A stretch of 63,990 nt of DNA, filler included, from Trichomonas gallinae (lineage: Eukaryota): assembly GCA_008369845.1 (NCBI GenBank). It is 5 parts of 5 records of this genome, joined end to end, with 100 filler letters (N's around TTAATTAATTAA, not from the genome) between each part and the next. Parts side by side here need not be neighbours in the genome. Positions count along the whole stretch, not along the records: positions 47,603 to 61,558 come from MRSU01000351.1; positions 61,659 to 63,990 come from MRSU01000368.1; 3 more parts are not named here. One strand, given 5' to 3'. Under the pieces are notes generated by a model. It was not told the origin of the DNA. It made no database searches and saw only the letters and a list, made by a program, of their open reading frames with translations. Of the stretch, positions 53,214 to 63,427 are shown piece by piece. How positions within the stretch are numbered: position 1 is the first letter of the stretch; each line of letters begins with the position of its first letter. The position numbers were made by a program, and so were the translations under genes.

Positions 53214-53499
53214 TTTTTAATTGTCACGTTTTGGGATATTTTTATTTTTCGATTTCGATCTAATGAGTAGATTCTATGCATAAAATAAATCCATTGGATC
53301 GATTTATTTCTTCTTTATTTATATTAGAAACCTTAAATTTTTGGAAAATTCTAAAAAATGATTTTAATTTACTACAATTTATAGAATCATTCTAGTGTAG
53401 AATTAAAAACTTACAATAATCAACATTAGGTAAATAGCATTAGTATTAGATCAGGCATATTTATAATATAACATAACAAAACAATATCAGATAAAATGA

Positions 53500-54204
53500 T
53501 TAGTAAAGACTGAATCGCTTCGGCTTAGATATCTCGATATCGATAACACCTTGGTCATCACTACTGTACTCGTCCGTGGAACGAGCAAAAGGACTTTGAT
53601 TGGAAATGACTTCATTTGATTTTAATGGCTCGATTTCAGCTTCTTCGTGGTAATTTACATCATCATTCGCGTAAAACACTTCATCACTAACTGGTTGTTC
53701 GTTTTCTTCTTGAATATTTTGTTCTTCTTCTTCTTCGTTAACGAAATTCATTTCTTCGTCATCATCGTTGTAATTGATTTCCTCATCATCATCATCGTCA
53801 TTGCATTTTTGCTCGTTTTGCGAAGCAGATTGACAAGATTTGATCGGAGTCATTGGTTCATAGTCATCGTAGAGCATTCTAGGCTTGTTTTTCTCTATAT
53901 CGGAGTCCGTGAAGTATATTTGTGTGTTAGATTCATCTGGCTCGAATGGTTTGAATGGACTTACATCAGTCTTCAGTTGCTCGATCTGTTCTTTGACACC
54001 TGCCTTCTTTGAGAGCTTAGAATTCGATTTCAACGAGTTCTTTGACTCAGTTTCGGTTTTTGTATCAAAATTCAAATCCAAAGATTTATCGAAGGCTTTT
54101 ATCGCGCTAATCCTTGTCTGCTTATTCCTCTGTGCAGAGGAGGGCTCTATATCAAATATCGACCTCCTTTTCTTCAGAGCTTCGTTAAGTCGTTTTTTAT
54201 TCAT
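53500..54204 (-). CDS. Hypothetical protein, basic N-terminus and acidic C-terminus
   Basis: 234-aa ORF with ATG start and D/E tracts. Confidence 0.75.
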   Translation of the reverse strand: MNKKRLNEALKKRRSIFDIEPSSAQRNKQTRISAIKAFDKSLDLNFDTKTETESKNSLKSNSKLSKKAGVKEQIEQLKTDVSPFKPFEPDESNTQIYFTDSDIEKNKPRMLYDDYEPMTPIKSCQSASQNEQKCNDDDDDEEINYNDDDEEMNFVNEEEEEQNIQEENEQPVSDEVFYANDDVNYHEEAEIEPLKSNEVISNQSPFARSTDEYSSDDQGVIDIEISKPKRFSLY

Positions 54205-54210
54205 TTAAAT

Positions 54211-54527
54211 TTTAGGGGCTTGAAAGGAAAAACAGGTGGATAAATTTTTAGGTTCTAAAAAATTAAAACAGGGTCTTACATTCAATATTTTAGGGTCTTG
54301 AAATTAAAATCAGGGTATAATGACGCGAATTTGCGTATCGCTAAAACTGCAAGACAAAATCATTGAATATTTTGCATCTGCAATATATGGATATAGAAGA
54401 TTTATTTTCCAAAGTTTCAAGTTTGAAAAAAGTATTTTCATGTGTTTTTAGCTATGATAAATTAAAACAGGGTTTTGAAAAATAAAACAGGTGGAAGAAT
54501 TTTAGGGTCAAAAAAATAAAATAGGGG
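54211..54527. promoter_or_regulatory. Divergent intergenic region with clustered AGG(G/T) motifs at 20-bp spacing
   Basis: AGG cores at 54214/54234, 54250/54270, 54292/54312, 54469/54489 and 54504/54523. Confidence 0.5.
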
Positions 54528-54540
54528 AAGAGATTTTAAA

Positions 54541-55842
54541 ATTCCAAGTAATTTATCTCGCGCCTTTGTTTTATTTATAAGTTGGTTTTCATACCTCTTG
54601 GTAGGATACCATAGGAGCTCAACAGCTGTTCTCGCTGATCAATTGGCACAAGCACTGCATGTTAATAAAGATAAAATCAGTATCTTTAGTATCATGTTTT
54701 TCTGGCCATACGGAATAATGCAACCGATTGGAGGTCTCTTTGCCGACGTAATGGAGCCGAGATATCTCCTATCTACCTTTGCGTTCCTGACAGCAACTGG
54801 AACTTTAATTATCGGCTTTTCTACGAATTACTACTTGTCATGTGCTGCTAGGTGCCTTGTAGGTATCGGATGTGGCCCTGTTTATGTACCAATCGTTAGA
54901 ATTATCGCAGATTTATTTTCACCAGGCTGGTTTAACATCCTAAACGGAATTACAATGTCCTGTGGATCTATTGGAGCCATTTTGGCTGCAGGTCCACTGG
55001 CGTCTTTAGTTAAATATGTAGAATGGCAATGGACATTTTATGTTTCAGCAGGAATCGGCTTCGTAATATCAATTCTCACATTACTTTTCGTTAAAACGCC
55101 ACAGAAAGACGAACATCCACATTTAAAGGATAAATTTAAACAACTTTGCCAAAATTTCATGGTTGTTTCATGCAGCATATCATTTTGGAAATTGGCATCC
55201 TGGAGTATTACGTGTGGTATTACATTCTTCATATTAACATCGTTTTGGGCGTCATCTTACTTAACATCCTTTTTCGAGTACACTAATGAGCATGCGGGAT
55301 ATATTGTTATGATGCTCAGCCTCGCATCAATCATAGGATCTCCTCTAATGACGTTTTTAAGCGAAGCTCTTCATACCAGAAAATGGATCGTTGTATCTGG
55401 CTCACTTGTGACATTTAGCATCAGCACGTTCTTCTTTATCCTTAATCACAAGATTAGCGAAGCTTATATTTGGGTTTTATTGTTCTTGTTCGGCGCATTT
55501 ACTTCCGCTGTTGTCCCTGTTGCTGTTACAATGTTTAAAGAAATGACAACACCAGAAACAACAGCTACAGCAGCTGGATTGGCAAACTTCTATGCTACTG
55601 TATCATCAGTAAGTCTGCAAGCGTTGATTTCGATCTTGGCGATGAAAATTGATCCAGATCATCCAGAAAAGCACCAACTTAAAGCATATAAGTATGGACT
55701 CTGGCTTCCTTTCATGATATTGACAGGTTTATCAGTCATTGGCATACTTTCAACACCAGATACATATCAAAAGTCTCATCATCCACAGCTGCCGGGCGAT
55801 TTATTATACAGCGAAATTTCTGATTCAAAAGTTAATGATTGA
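54541..55842 (+). CDS. Major facilitator superfamily transporter; no ATG at the expected start
   Basis: About 12 TM; YHRSS, QPIGGLFADV, ARCLVGIG. The frame is open from an in-frame TAG at 54502 through IPSNLSRAFVLFISWFSYLLVGYHRS (TM1) with ATT at 54541; the first in-frame ATG is near 54694, inside TM2. Confidence 0.85.
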   Translation: MPSNLSRAFVLFISWFSYLLVGYHRSSTAVLADQLAQALHVNKDKISIFSIMFFWPYGIMQPIGGLFADVMEPRYLLSTFAFLTATGTLIIGFSTNYYLSCAARCLVGIGCGPVYVPIVRIIADLFSPGWFNILNGITMSCGSIGAILAAGPLASLVKYVEWQWTFYVSAGIGFVISILTLLFVKTPQKDEHPHLKDKFKQLCQNFMVVSCSISFWKLASWSITCGITFFILTSFWASSYLTSFFEYTNEHAGYIVMMLSLASIIGSPLMTFLSEALHTRKWIVVSGSLVTFSISTFFFILNHKISEAYIWVLLFLFGAFTSAVVPVAVTMFKEMTTPETTATAAGLANFYATVSSVSLQALISILAMKIDPDHPEKHQLKAYKYGLWLPFMILTGLSVIGILSTPDTYQKSHHPQLPGDLLYSEISDSKVND

Positions 55843-56181
55843 TAAACATTTTCTATACACATATCTCTAAATACTATCTATACTTTTTACTCAAATGATT
55901 TTCAATTTTATATTATTAAAAAATTATTTATAACTTTATAATCTATAGATATTTTTAAATAATAAATAATTAATATTATAATAACAATATTTTTATATAT
56001 AAATATATAGAGTTTGCTAATTTTTAATCAACAGATATTTTAAAAAACTCATTTTTTGATACCGAGAAAAATATCAAAAAATATTGGTAAAAATGATAAA
56101 TTGTTCAAAACAAATCAAATTTAGAAAATGATTTTAGATGTGAATTATTTGGTTAAGTTTGTTTTAGATTTAAAAAAAATT

Positions 56182-56556
56182 ATGTCGATTGATTCATTGA
56201 TTCAATTTAAGAATCTTTCATATCAAGATATTTTGGAAGTTTATTCTTTATATCAATGCGATACTATACACGAGGAAATGCGTGGCGTTGTCATTCCACC
56301 AAAATATCATGAAATACATCCAACCGAAAAAATGCATAATGGGATGAAGAAACCTGTATTTTGGACTGAAGCAGAGACAAGTGCACTAATTAAAGGAATC
56401 AAAACTTTCGGGACAAAAAATTGGGTAAAAATCAGACAAGAATATGCATCGATTTTCGACGAAAACAACCGTAATAGGCATGATCTACAGCGTAAATGGC
56501 AACATTTAAAGAAAAAGCCAGAATATCGAAATTTGGTGCCAGAAACAAAAAAGTAA
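56182..56556 (+). CDS. Single Myb/SANT domain protein, telobox (TRF-like) type
   Basis: FWTEAETSALIKGIKTFGTKNWVKIRQEY...RNRHDLQRKWQHL resembles the telobox W..EE...L..GV..yG.G.W..I...RT.VDLKDKWRNL. Confidence 0.75.
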   Translation: MSIDSLIQFKNLSYQDILEVYSLYQCDTIHEEMRGVVIPPKYHEIHPTEKMHNGMKKPVFWTEAETSALIKGIKTFGTKNWVKIRQEYASIFDENNRNRHDLQRKWQHLKKKPEYRNLVPETKK

Positions 56557-56890
56557 CTCAATTTTCTTATATATTTTATTAATACCTCGATGAAATGTTT
56601 ACAATTGACAATATCAAAACATTACAAAATCGAATGATATAATCAAAATATTTCTTATCAAAAAAACTCGATAAAATCATCAAAATATCGAAAAGTCATT
56701 ACGTAAAACCAAAAAATATGCTGATGATTTTAAACGAAACGGCTCAAAATATTTTAATACCAAGAAATATCAGTAATATTATTAGTTATACGAGCCATTT
56801 CAAATAACAAAACACCAACAATGATTAACAAAAGTGTTTAGTTATATAAGAATGTTGAATTTAAAATATTTTTCTAATGAAAATAGCGTT

Positions 56891-57115
56891 TTACTCAGCC
56901 TTCTTATCAAGGACGATAACTTCAAGGGCTTCTGGAATTGAGTTCTGTACTAATTCGACAAACTTTGGCTTAACAGAAAGTGTATAAAGATACTTTGTTG
57001 TGCGGAGTTTGAACTTGGTGTTGTCGTCGTTGACTTTCTTTACCTTGACCCACTTGGCATCAGAGCGGGCGGCAAGGGCAAGAAATTCCTTTGGTGTAGT
57101 GACCTGCTTTGGCAT
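56891..57115 (-). CDS. RPL38: 60S ribosomal protein L38 (eL38)
   Basis: MPKQV...KEFLALAARSDAKWVKVKK...TKFKLRTTKYLYTL. Confidence 0.96.
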   Translation of the reverse strand: MPKQVTTPKEFLALAARSDAKWVKVKKVNDDNTKFKLRTTKYLYTLSVKPKFVELVQNSIPEALEVIVLDKKAE

Positions 57116-57564
57116 CACGGAAAAGACAGACCATTTCCAGTTTACAAAAACCGATTAAAATTTAACCTTATTTATCACTTCTGCGAATCAACCATTTGCG
57201 CACTAAACACGAAATATGCTCATCACACACAACACATTCATCAATCTATTTCTTTCTATTTTTAGAAAATATATTTTCATAATTTTCAATATTGAGTTTG
57301 CATCATAAATTCATATGCAAAATATTCTTTTTAATGCTATATATCAATAACTTTTATTGTAAAGATAATTTTTCGTTGATGAATTATATCTTTAGAAATT
57401 TCAATATTTAAGTTATAATTCAATGACAAATATTGTTATATAGGTGCTATATATCATTAATTTATGTTGAAAATACATAATTTCAATTAATAATCTAAAA
57501 TTTGATTTTTTTATGAAAAATTACAGATTAAAACATAACAATCTTTATAATATAAACAAACAAT

Positions 57565-60312
57565 CTATTCATTGACCCAAACAAAGCTGTTGTCAACTTT
57601 TTCTGAAAAATTCTCAATACTTTCTTCATAGAAGAGATGAGGCTCTGATTCTTTGGTTGTCATGCTGAAAATCCATGTCAACATTCTCTTATCGAGTTGA
57701 TTGGCGTAATTCTGTGATAATATCGTTATCCATTTATCATCTGGGCATTTCTTTGCGCATTCTTGGTGAATGTTTGCATTAAAACACGTAACGAAGTTCT
57801 TAGCAAATAAATCCGAAGATATTTTGCCTTCTTCATCAGAAATCGACTCTTTTATGACGAATTCTTTGATTTTGTTCAAGTTTTCTTCTGAAAACGCGTC
57901 AAAGTTATTAGTTATCAGTGAGAGAAGGGCATCACTTAATGACTTCTTCTGATATATCTTATTAACGCTATCGAAATCTAAATTGGAGTAGAAGAGCAGT
58001 GCTAATCCGTAAATATCATCTTGATTAACATTACACTTGAGTTCTTTCGATGTAGCCATAACCGGACATATCTTACTGATCTTTAGAGAGCAGTTGTTGC
58101 CTGAAATAGTTGTTAAAACGTCTGGTCTTCCAATTAAATTCAAAATATATTGGATAAGGCATGGTTTGTATCCAAACAGCGTTTGGAAGAGTTTCTTATT
58201 GTTTTTGAGCAGTTCTTTCTTAATTTTAGCCCTGTCTTCGTGGAAAATATGCTCGATTAAATTCAATTGAGCATTTTTAGATGAGTTTATCATTTCGAAT
58301 GCCTGGTATATATCATCTATCTTTGAAAACTGCCCTTTTGTCTTATGACTTAACACTGCTCTAACGAGATTTGCTTTATATTTTTTGAAATTAATATCTG
58401 GCAGTGATTCTGTGTTAACACATATCGTTCCATCAAAGCACTCAACTGCCTTGATATTTCTGATTAGTGCAAGATCGTGTATTATCGTTCCTTCTGGAAT
58501 TTTCAGATCATCAAATTTATAAACAATTGGTGTATCAGTTTTGACTGCATTAATGATTATAGCATAGTCATGCAATGATGATAATGAGAGTAAATTTCCA
58601 AGAGTAGCTATTTTCGGCAAATTTGTATTCAAAACTTCGAAAAGAATGCACTTAACTATAGATAATTCCTTATCATCGGCAAGAATAACATCTCCTCTCC
58701 TCATACATGACAGTTCAATGACTTGTTCAAATGTAAATTGCGGATAATTTTCGATAATTTCAAGCCAAATCAATCTGTAGGCTTTGATTTCTCTTAGATA
58801 CTGTATGAACAACAGAAAAGACTCAAAATCATATTTTCTTTCGCGAATTTCGATCCAATCTGTATATGCATAAACAAATAAATCTCTAATGAAGCAATCT
58901 GGAAGCTTAGCGAATGAATCAGTCCAAGATCCGAATCTTGCTGTAATGATTTGCTTTTCAGCAAGTAAATTGCTGATAAATATGTATTTTTTGAAATCTA
59001 ATATAGGATTCTTTTGTTGGCGCATGAAAACATTAAAATTATCAGTAAATGGTGCCTTAGATATATTTTCTTTGATGATTTCATGCAATACAGGCAAAAA
59101 TTCAATTTCTGGAATTGTTTTTGTTGAGATTTCGCGAAAATTCTTGATAAATTCTGTAGATTCATGAGCAAAAAGATGTGATTTCTTAATTCTTATGATC
59201 TTCTTGAAATATGATGAATTTTGATCATTAAAAACTACGCCTCCGAGGAAATAAATAAAGAGGTTATCTTGGAAAATTGTGTGATAAGTCGTTTGCGGTA
59301 TTGATTTAACGAATTTGTATGAAGAAAATGATTTTGTATTCAAACAATAAGCAGTTAAGCAAAGTGGAGTTCCTTGCACATATGTATGTGTCGCAATATT
59401 TCGTTGTTGAAGTATTGCTGGGAACATATCTGTTTCAATTCCAGGAGAAATAAAAATATAATCGTTAAGTAACAAACTTTTGCAAACAAAGAGCTTAGAG
59501 CCATGTATTGGCACTTGATATATATCTGGGATTGGTATTGAGCTCCAAACTATATCATCTAATTTGGTAATATCGATATCATAAATTTTAGTGGCTATTA
59601 TGTGGCCAGCAAGTATGTATATGTGTCCATTGAGATAAGTAACACTTCTAGCGTAAAAATCTTGCATTAAATTTGGAATCGAAGTCCATTCATTGGTTTT
59701 GTTGTCCCAAAGCCAAATGTCTTGCAGTGTTTTGTATTTGTTGTCATTTGATGCAATCGTATCGCCTCCAAATATCCAGAGTTTGTCATGAATCGGATCC
59801 CAACAAGATCCGTGAAATATTCGCGGCGAAGGCCACTGCACTTTGAATTTATCCTCTTCGTCTTTGATTGGTGAAGGAATTCTGTTTTTTCGGTCGAATG
59901 TTCCATCTTTGTTCCATTGGTGAAGAATTAAGGAGTCAGACAGGTAATTAATGAATTCTCCGTTGGGAGACGGCTGATTTACGCACCATCCACCGAATGT
60001 AATCGAAGTTTGCTTATAACTTGCAGTAACTGTTGTAGATCCAACGAGATTTGTATGATCAACTGCGCTTTCAGTTTGTGATATATCATCATCTTTAAAC
60101 GTAATGCGGCAAACATTACCAGAAGATGTTGATTTTTTTTTTGAAGTCTGATTTTCAACGAAATTGTGGCCATAATAGCCACCAATAATATTAAAACCGC
60201 TACCTATGCATATAACATTGGCTTCTATGCACGGCATGCAGCTCTGAGTTTCGAAAATATCAGCATTGATATCTTCAAAAATCATTCTGACATTGTAAAC
60301 TTTATTTGTCAT
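57565..60312 (-). CDS. Kelch-repeat protein with possible BTB-like C-terminal region
   Basis: Kelch motifs ITFGG, WPSPRIFHGS, KLWIFGG, IYILAG, IYFLGG; later LFVYAYTD resembles BTB (L.YlYtd). Confidence 0.72.
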   Translation of the reverse strand: MTNKVYNVRMIFEDINADIFETQSCMPCIEANVICIGSGFNIIGGYYGHNFVENQTSKKKSTSSGNVCRITFKDDDISQTESAVDHTNLVGSTTVTASYKQTSITFGGWCVNQPSPNGEFINYLSDSLILHQWNKDGTFDRKNRIPSPIKDEEDKFKVQWPSPRIFHGSCWDPIHDKLWIFGGDTIASNDNKYKTLQDIWLWDNKTNEWTSIPNLMQDFYARSVTYLNGHIYILAGHIIATKIYDIDITKLDDIVWSSIPIPDIYQVPIHGSKLFVCKSLLLNDYIFISPGIETDMFPAILQQRNIATHTYVQGTPLCLTAYCLNTKSFSSYKFVKSIPQTTYHTIFQDNLFIYFLGGVVFNDQNSSYFKKIIRIKKSHLFAHESTEFIKNFREISTKTIPEIEFLPVLHEIIKENISKAPFTDNFNVFMRQQKNPILDFKKYIFISNLLAEKQIITARFGSWTDSFAKLPDCFIRDLFVYAYTDWIEIRERKYDFESFLLFIQYLREIKAYRLIWLEIIENYPQFTFEQVIELSCMRRGDVILADDKELSIVKCILFEVLNTNLPKIATLGNLLSLSSLHDYAIIINAVKTDTPIVYKFDDLKIPEGTIIHDLALIRNIKAVECFDGTICVNTESLPDINFKKYKANLVRAVLSHKTKGQFSKIDDIYQAFEMINSSKNAQLNLIEHIFHEDRAKIKKELLKNNKKLFQTLFGYKPCLIQYILNLIGRPDVLTTISGNNCSLKISKICPVMATSKELKCNVNQDDIYGLALLFYSNLDFDSVNKIYQKKSLSDALLSLITNNFDAFSEENLNKIKEFVIKESISDEEGKISSDLFAKNFVTCFNANIHQECAKKCPDDKWITILSQNYANQLDKRMLTWIFSMTTKESEPHLFYEESIENFSEKVDNSFVWVNE

Positions 60313-60622
60313 ATTTTTTGGTAGAAAATTTTTATAAAAAGTGACATGTTTTGAAAAGTTTACAAAATTCGTTTTTAAAATAAGTCACTTTTAGTAGACT
60401 CACTTTTTGAAAAAAACTGACATTTGGTTCTGAAAAAACAGTCACTTTTTTTCCAATAAAGTGCATGACTCAAAACTTAAAAGGATCTGTACCATAGAAA
60501 TAACAAAACATATCAGCAATAACAATGCTTTATAATAGAAATATTATCTTATACACCTTGATTTCTCGTTGATAAGATAATATCAAAATTAATAATAAAA
60601 TCAACTATTGTTGAATGAACTA

Positions 60623-61025
60623 TCAATCCCAGCCGATGATGTCTCCCTCATTTCTAACAATTTGTAGGGTTTTCTCTTCATTTTCTATTAACTCTGCAAT
60701 AAGTTCACAATAGTTCTTAGCTTTCATCTGTTTTCGGATAATAAGCAAAATAACAACCAGTTTCTGGGTCATGGTCCAAATCAATTTTTGATTGTGGCTC
60801 ATATTTAGTTAAATAATATGTTAAGAACATTTCCCAATTATATCCATTCATATAAGCCTCTGAATTAATTTCTTCCATTTTTTGACCAACACGAAATGGT
60901 TTTTCATTTTCATTCTGAAAAGTAATAGACCAATGAATTTCACCATCATATAATTGGACATAGGAAGGCAGCTGTCTGTTAATGGCTTCCTGTTTTTTCA
61001 TTATTACCTGTGTTATTTTCAACAT
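60623..61025 (-). pseudogene. Imm51-like (bacterial polymorphic-toxin immunity) gene with frameshift
   Basis: KPFRVGQKMEEINSEAYMNGYNWEMFLTYYL...DHDPETGCYFAYY, then after a frameshift near 60722: AKNYCELIAELIENEEKTLQIVRNEGDIIGWD* (TGA at 60623-60625), completing the Imm51-type C-terminus. Confidence 0.72.
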
Positions 61026-61488
61026 TATTCGCTTGGCAATTATTCATTTTTAAATAAATAAACTCCTTTTTTTATCATTCAACCACTTATAGAACGTTGC
61101 AACTTTGACAAAAAGTACAGATAATCCATCGGAGTATATAATGGAATGTGCTAATTTTCATAATATCAAGAATCAAAGATATTTCTAGCATCTGTTTTCT
61201 TAAACTCTTTATAAAATTGTAAAATCATCTAAGGTTCGGGCATTTGATAAAAACTATAAATCCTTGGATAAAATTCGAAGGTTTTAAAACAAAAAAATCA
61301 AATCTTTATTGCTGAAATGCTTGTTAGAGCATTATAATCAAAAATTAATCAAAATAATAAAAATTAAGTATGTATATATAATTGAACAATATTATTTTAT
61401 TACTGAATATATTTGAAAAAAATCATTTGTAAAATATTGAAAAATATAATTTTTATCATTAATTTAAATAAAATTTAAAAAACGTGAA

Positions 61489-61558
61489 GCCTGTGTAGCT
61501 CAACCGGATAGAGCATAAGACTCTTAATCTTGGGGTTGCGGGTTCGAGTCCCGCCACT
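61489..61558 (+). tRNA. tRNA-Lys(CTT), 3' end clipped by gap
   Basis: GCCTGTG-TA-GCTC-AACCGGATA-GAGC-A-TAAGA-CTCTTAA-TCTTG-GGGTT-GCGGG-TTCGAGT-CCCGC-CAC; anticodon CTT. Confidence 0.93.
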
Positions 61559-61658
61559 NNNNNNNNNNNNNNNNNNNNNNNNNNNNNNNNNNNNNNNNNN
61601 NNTTAATTAATTAANNNNNNNNNNNNNNNNNNNNNNNNNNNNNNNNNNNNNNNNNNNN
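61559..61658. other. Artificial contig linker
   Basis: N44-TTAATTAATTAA-N44. Confidence 0.97.
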
Positions 61659-61819
61659 GCAGGCTCAGTATTTGCAGGCTCAGTATTGATTGCAGGCTCA
61701 GTATTTGCAGGCTCAGTATTGATTGCAGGCTCAGTATTGATTGCAGGCTCAGTATTTGCAGGCTCAGTATTGATTGCAGGCTCAGTATTGTTTGCAGGCT
61801 CAGTATTGTTTGCCGGCTC
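61659..61819 (-). repeat. Coding 15/18-bp tandem repeat (NTEPA, INTEPA, NNTEPA)
   Basis: At least 9 in-frame units containing GCAGGCTCAGTATT, running into the gap. Confidence 0.95.
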
Positions 61820-63427
61820 GTCGTAGTTATCAGGCTCGATGCCATCCAGATAAGTGAAATAATCTGTTCCATAAAATTTAATAACTTTCTTCATCAAGTC
61901 TAGATCAGGGCAAATGTATACATTATTATCAACCCTGACTATTTCTCCATTTTTACACGTCTGTCTTTGATTTGATAAATCCAAGAAATAGAAAACGCCC
62001 TTACTGAGCGAAGAATTAGCACAGTAAGCTTGAAGACCAGATGAATTAACGTAATGCATTGCCCACTGGTTCCTCTGGCATTGAGATTTCGGATTCTTCA
62101 ACATCGCATAGTCATATGTTCCAGTATTGGACATAAAGCGGTTAGGAGGAATATACAAATCACCATACTTCTTAACATCAAACTTATCTAGTTCCATGTC
62201 GTAAGGGAAGAGTCTTACGTAATCCGAGTATCCTCTGAGGTCGTGGGATACAAATGATGTGTTTGGAGTGTATAGGTATCTCTTTGGGAATGTTTTGTAT
62301 ACTGGCTTTCTAGCCATGTTTCGTAATTCTTCGTCTGTCAATAATTGATCTGATAACCATGTTGTTTCTTTGCACATGCTCCAATTGATGTTGTAATAGC
62401 CCATATCAGCAATAAGGGAGCACACAACAGGAGATATGATGCCATCGCGCGGATTTGTTCCTACCATAATATCTTGTCTGTAAATTGAGCCTTTTGGATG
62501 CGTGTACCATGTTCCATCGCCACCTAAGTCCTCAAACTCCATGCAGTATTCATTGCCGTCGTCTGCTTTAGTTCTTTTAAGATATTTTTGCGCAATTCTT
62601 TTTGCGTTTGGAGTGCAAATGTGGAATGTCGCTTTTCCAAATTCATCTTGTGTAACGCGAATAGCTTCTTCTTCATTATACAAATAGCCAGTATTTGAAT
62701 TGATCCAATTTTCAAAATGATTAATATTCATTCCAAGCGAGTGCATAACCTCATGGAACATGACATTAAAGTAGTCGCGAGGTATAGAATCGTGATCTTG
62801 GGCAATAGTTGGAATTAATCTTGCATTAATAGAAAATGCTGACTCCCATGGCCTTTTTGTGACTGGATCAGAATGTACAAGTGCTGATCCTGCTATTATA
62901 TTCGAATTAGTCGCTGTAATAAATACTTTAATAAAATGATCAACATCTTTTATGTTTTGCGGACGCTCATACGCAAATAAAGGATTTTCACTACCTGTAA
63001 GCTCTATTTCTTCATGCTTTACTTTTATCATTTTGCCTAGATAACTTTTCAGATTTTCAAATATTTGTGCGAGAGCTGCTTGCTTTTCTTCTGTGAATAT
63101 ATCTACCTCCGTACATGTATAATTTGCGTTGTTAAGTAACGGACTAATTATTACTTGGCCAACTTTTCGACATGTGTTTGGATCTTTTCCTGAAAAGACA
63201 TCTTCTGTGTCGAAAAAGACTCTGATAGGCTTTCTTATTTTAATTTCATCCTGTATGTTTGGTATTACCGGTTTATTTTCTCTTGGTCGCCTTTCGAATA
63301 ACTTTTTTTGTGTTTTCGGAGCTGAAAATAGCCTTAAATCAATATTATGCACAAGTTCGATGTTCGAATACAAGTCAATATCATCTTGCAGTGTTTGCCT
63401 GCTTAAAGCTGCTAAAAGAAAGAACAT
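61659..63427 (-). CDS. GP63-like (leishmanolysin, peptidase M8) zinc metalloprotease; 3' end truncated by gap
   Basis: Signal peptide; FHEVMHSLG (HEXXH); EDLGGDGTWYTHP (third His); DIMVG Met-turn; LIADMGYY; Cys-rich C-terminal part. Confidence 0.9.

Noticed and set aside
54211..54510. Interstitial telomere array
   Set aside because: TTTAGGG copies are dispersed, not tandem; treated as a candidate promoter motif instead.
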